Shown: positions 54,075 to 54,289 of the stretch, one piece after another
Layout: each line of letters opens with the position of its first letter
Position numbering within the stretch: the stretch's first letter is position 1
Program-made: the position numbers and the translations under genes
DNA from: a virus
Lineage: Duplodnaviria; Caudoviricetes
DNA length: 54,289 bases
Virus record (IMG/VR): IMGVR_UViG_3300027917_000056
Coordinates: 1-54,289 of that record
Strand: one strand, 5' to 3'
The notes under the pieces: model-generated
What the model saw: the letters and a program-made list of their open reading frames with translations, nothing else
Told to the model about the DNA's origin: nothing
The model's database searches: none

Positions 54075-54289
54075 CTTCTGCGTACCTTCTCTTTCAATTT
54101 TCGAAACACCACCTCGAACGAGTACACAGCCACCGGACTCTCAGAATGAATGCAAAGTAATCCGTCCAAATGTTTGTCGATAAAAGCGCAGAAGTTGTCT
54201 AGGGACAGGTCTGGATTCTTATGTTCTACGTTATAAGCCTGTCCTGTATCCGCACAGTACTGACGGTAGATCTGCTCATCTGGCAGAAG
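54071..54289 (-). CDS. C-terminal part of a probable SAM methyltransferase (start lies outside the window)
   Basis: Open frame LLPDEQIYRQYC...NVEHKNPD...YSFEVVFRK ending in an ATGA overlap. Confidence 0.5.
   Translation of the reverse strand, partial: LLPDEQIYRQYCADTGQAYNVEHKNPDLSLDNFCAFIDKHLDGLLCIHSESPVAVYSFEVVFRKLKEKVRRR

Noticed and set aside
1-54289. tRNA/rRNA genes or alternative genetic code
   Set aside because: No cloverleaf or rRNA-like segment recognised by eye; genes are full-length under the standard code and use all three stop codons.

Overview
About 54 kb of a temperate, lambdoid-type long-tailed (siphovirus-like) dsDNA phage. Every convincing gene is on the minus strand except the repressor. 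The host cannot be identified from sequence alone, and the terminase, portal and capsid genes lie outside the window. The left part (1-13.3 kb) is the early region. It holds a CI-like repressor beside a lambda pL-like promoter, Xis-like HTH proteins, a tyrosine integrase with a probable intact attP, an SNF2-like helicase plus DNA methyltransferase, an SSAP/Cas4-like nuclease pair, a lambda O-like initiator with internal iterons and a Holliday junction resolvase. The right part (13.5-54.3 kb) is the late region: neck, tail tube, frameshifted tail chaperone, tape measure, tail tip and lysis genes. Two glycan-modification clusters are embedded in it, about 16 enzymes in all: GT-A and GT-B glycosyltransferases, 5 methyltransferases, 2 sulfotransferase-like proteins, an acetyltransferase and a radical SAM enzyme. 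Three structural-type genes carry long Ser/Cys-rich tracts built on a Ser-X-Y triplet grammar, and one of them is a fusion to a tail-tube paralog. The main candidate for a new system is a phage-encoded, mucin/SRRP-like virion glycocalyx: Ser-rich stalks O-glycosylated and further decorated by the phage's own enzymes. All family calls come from motifs recognised by eye; no database search was run.
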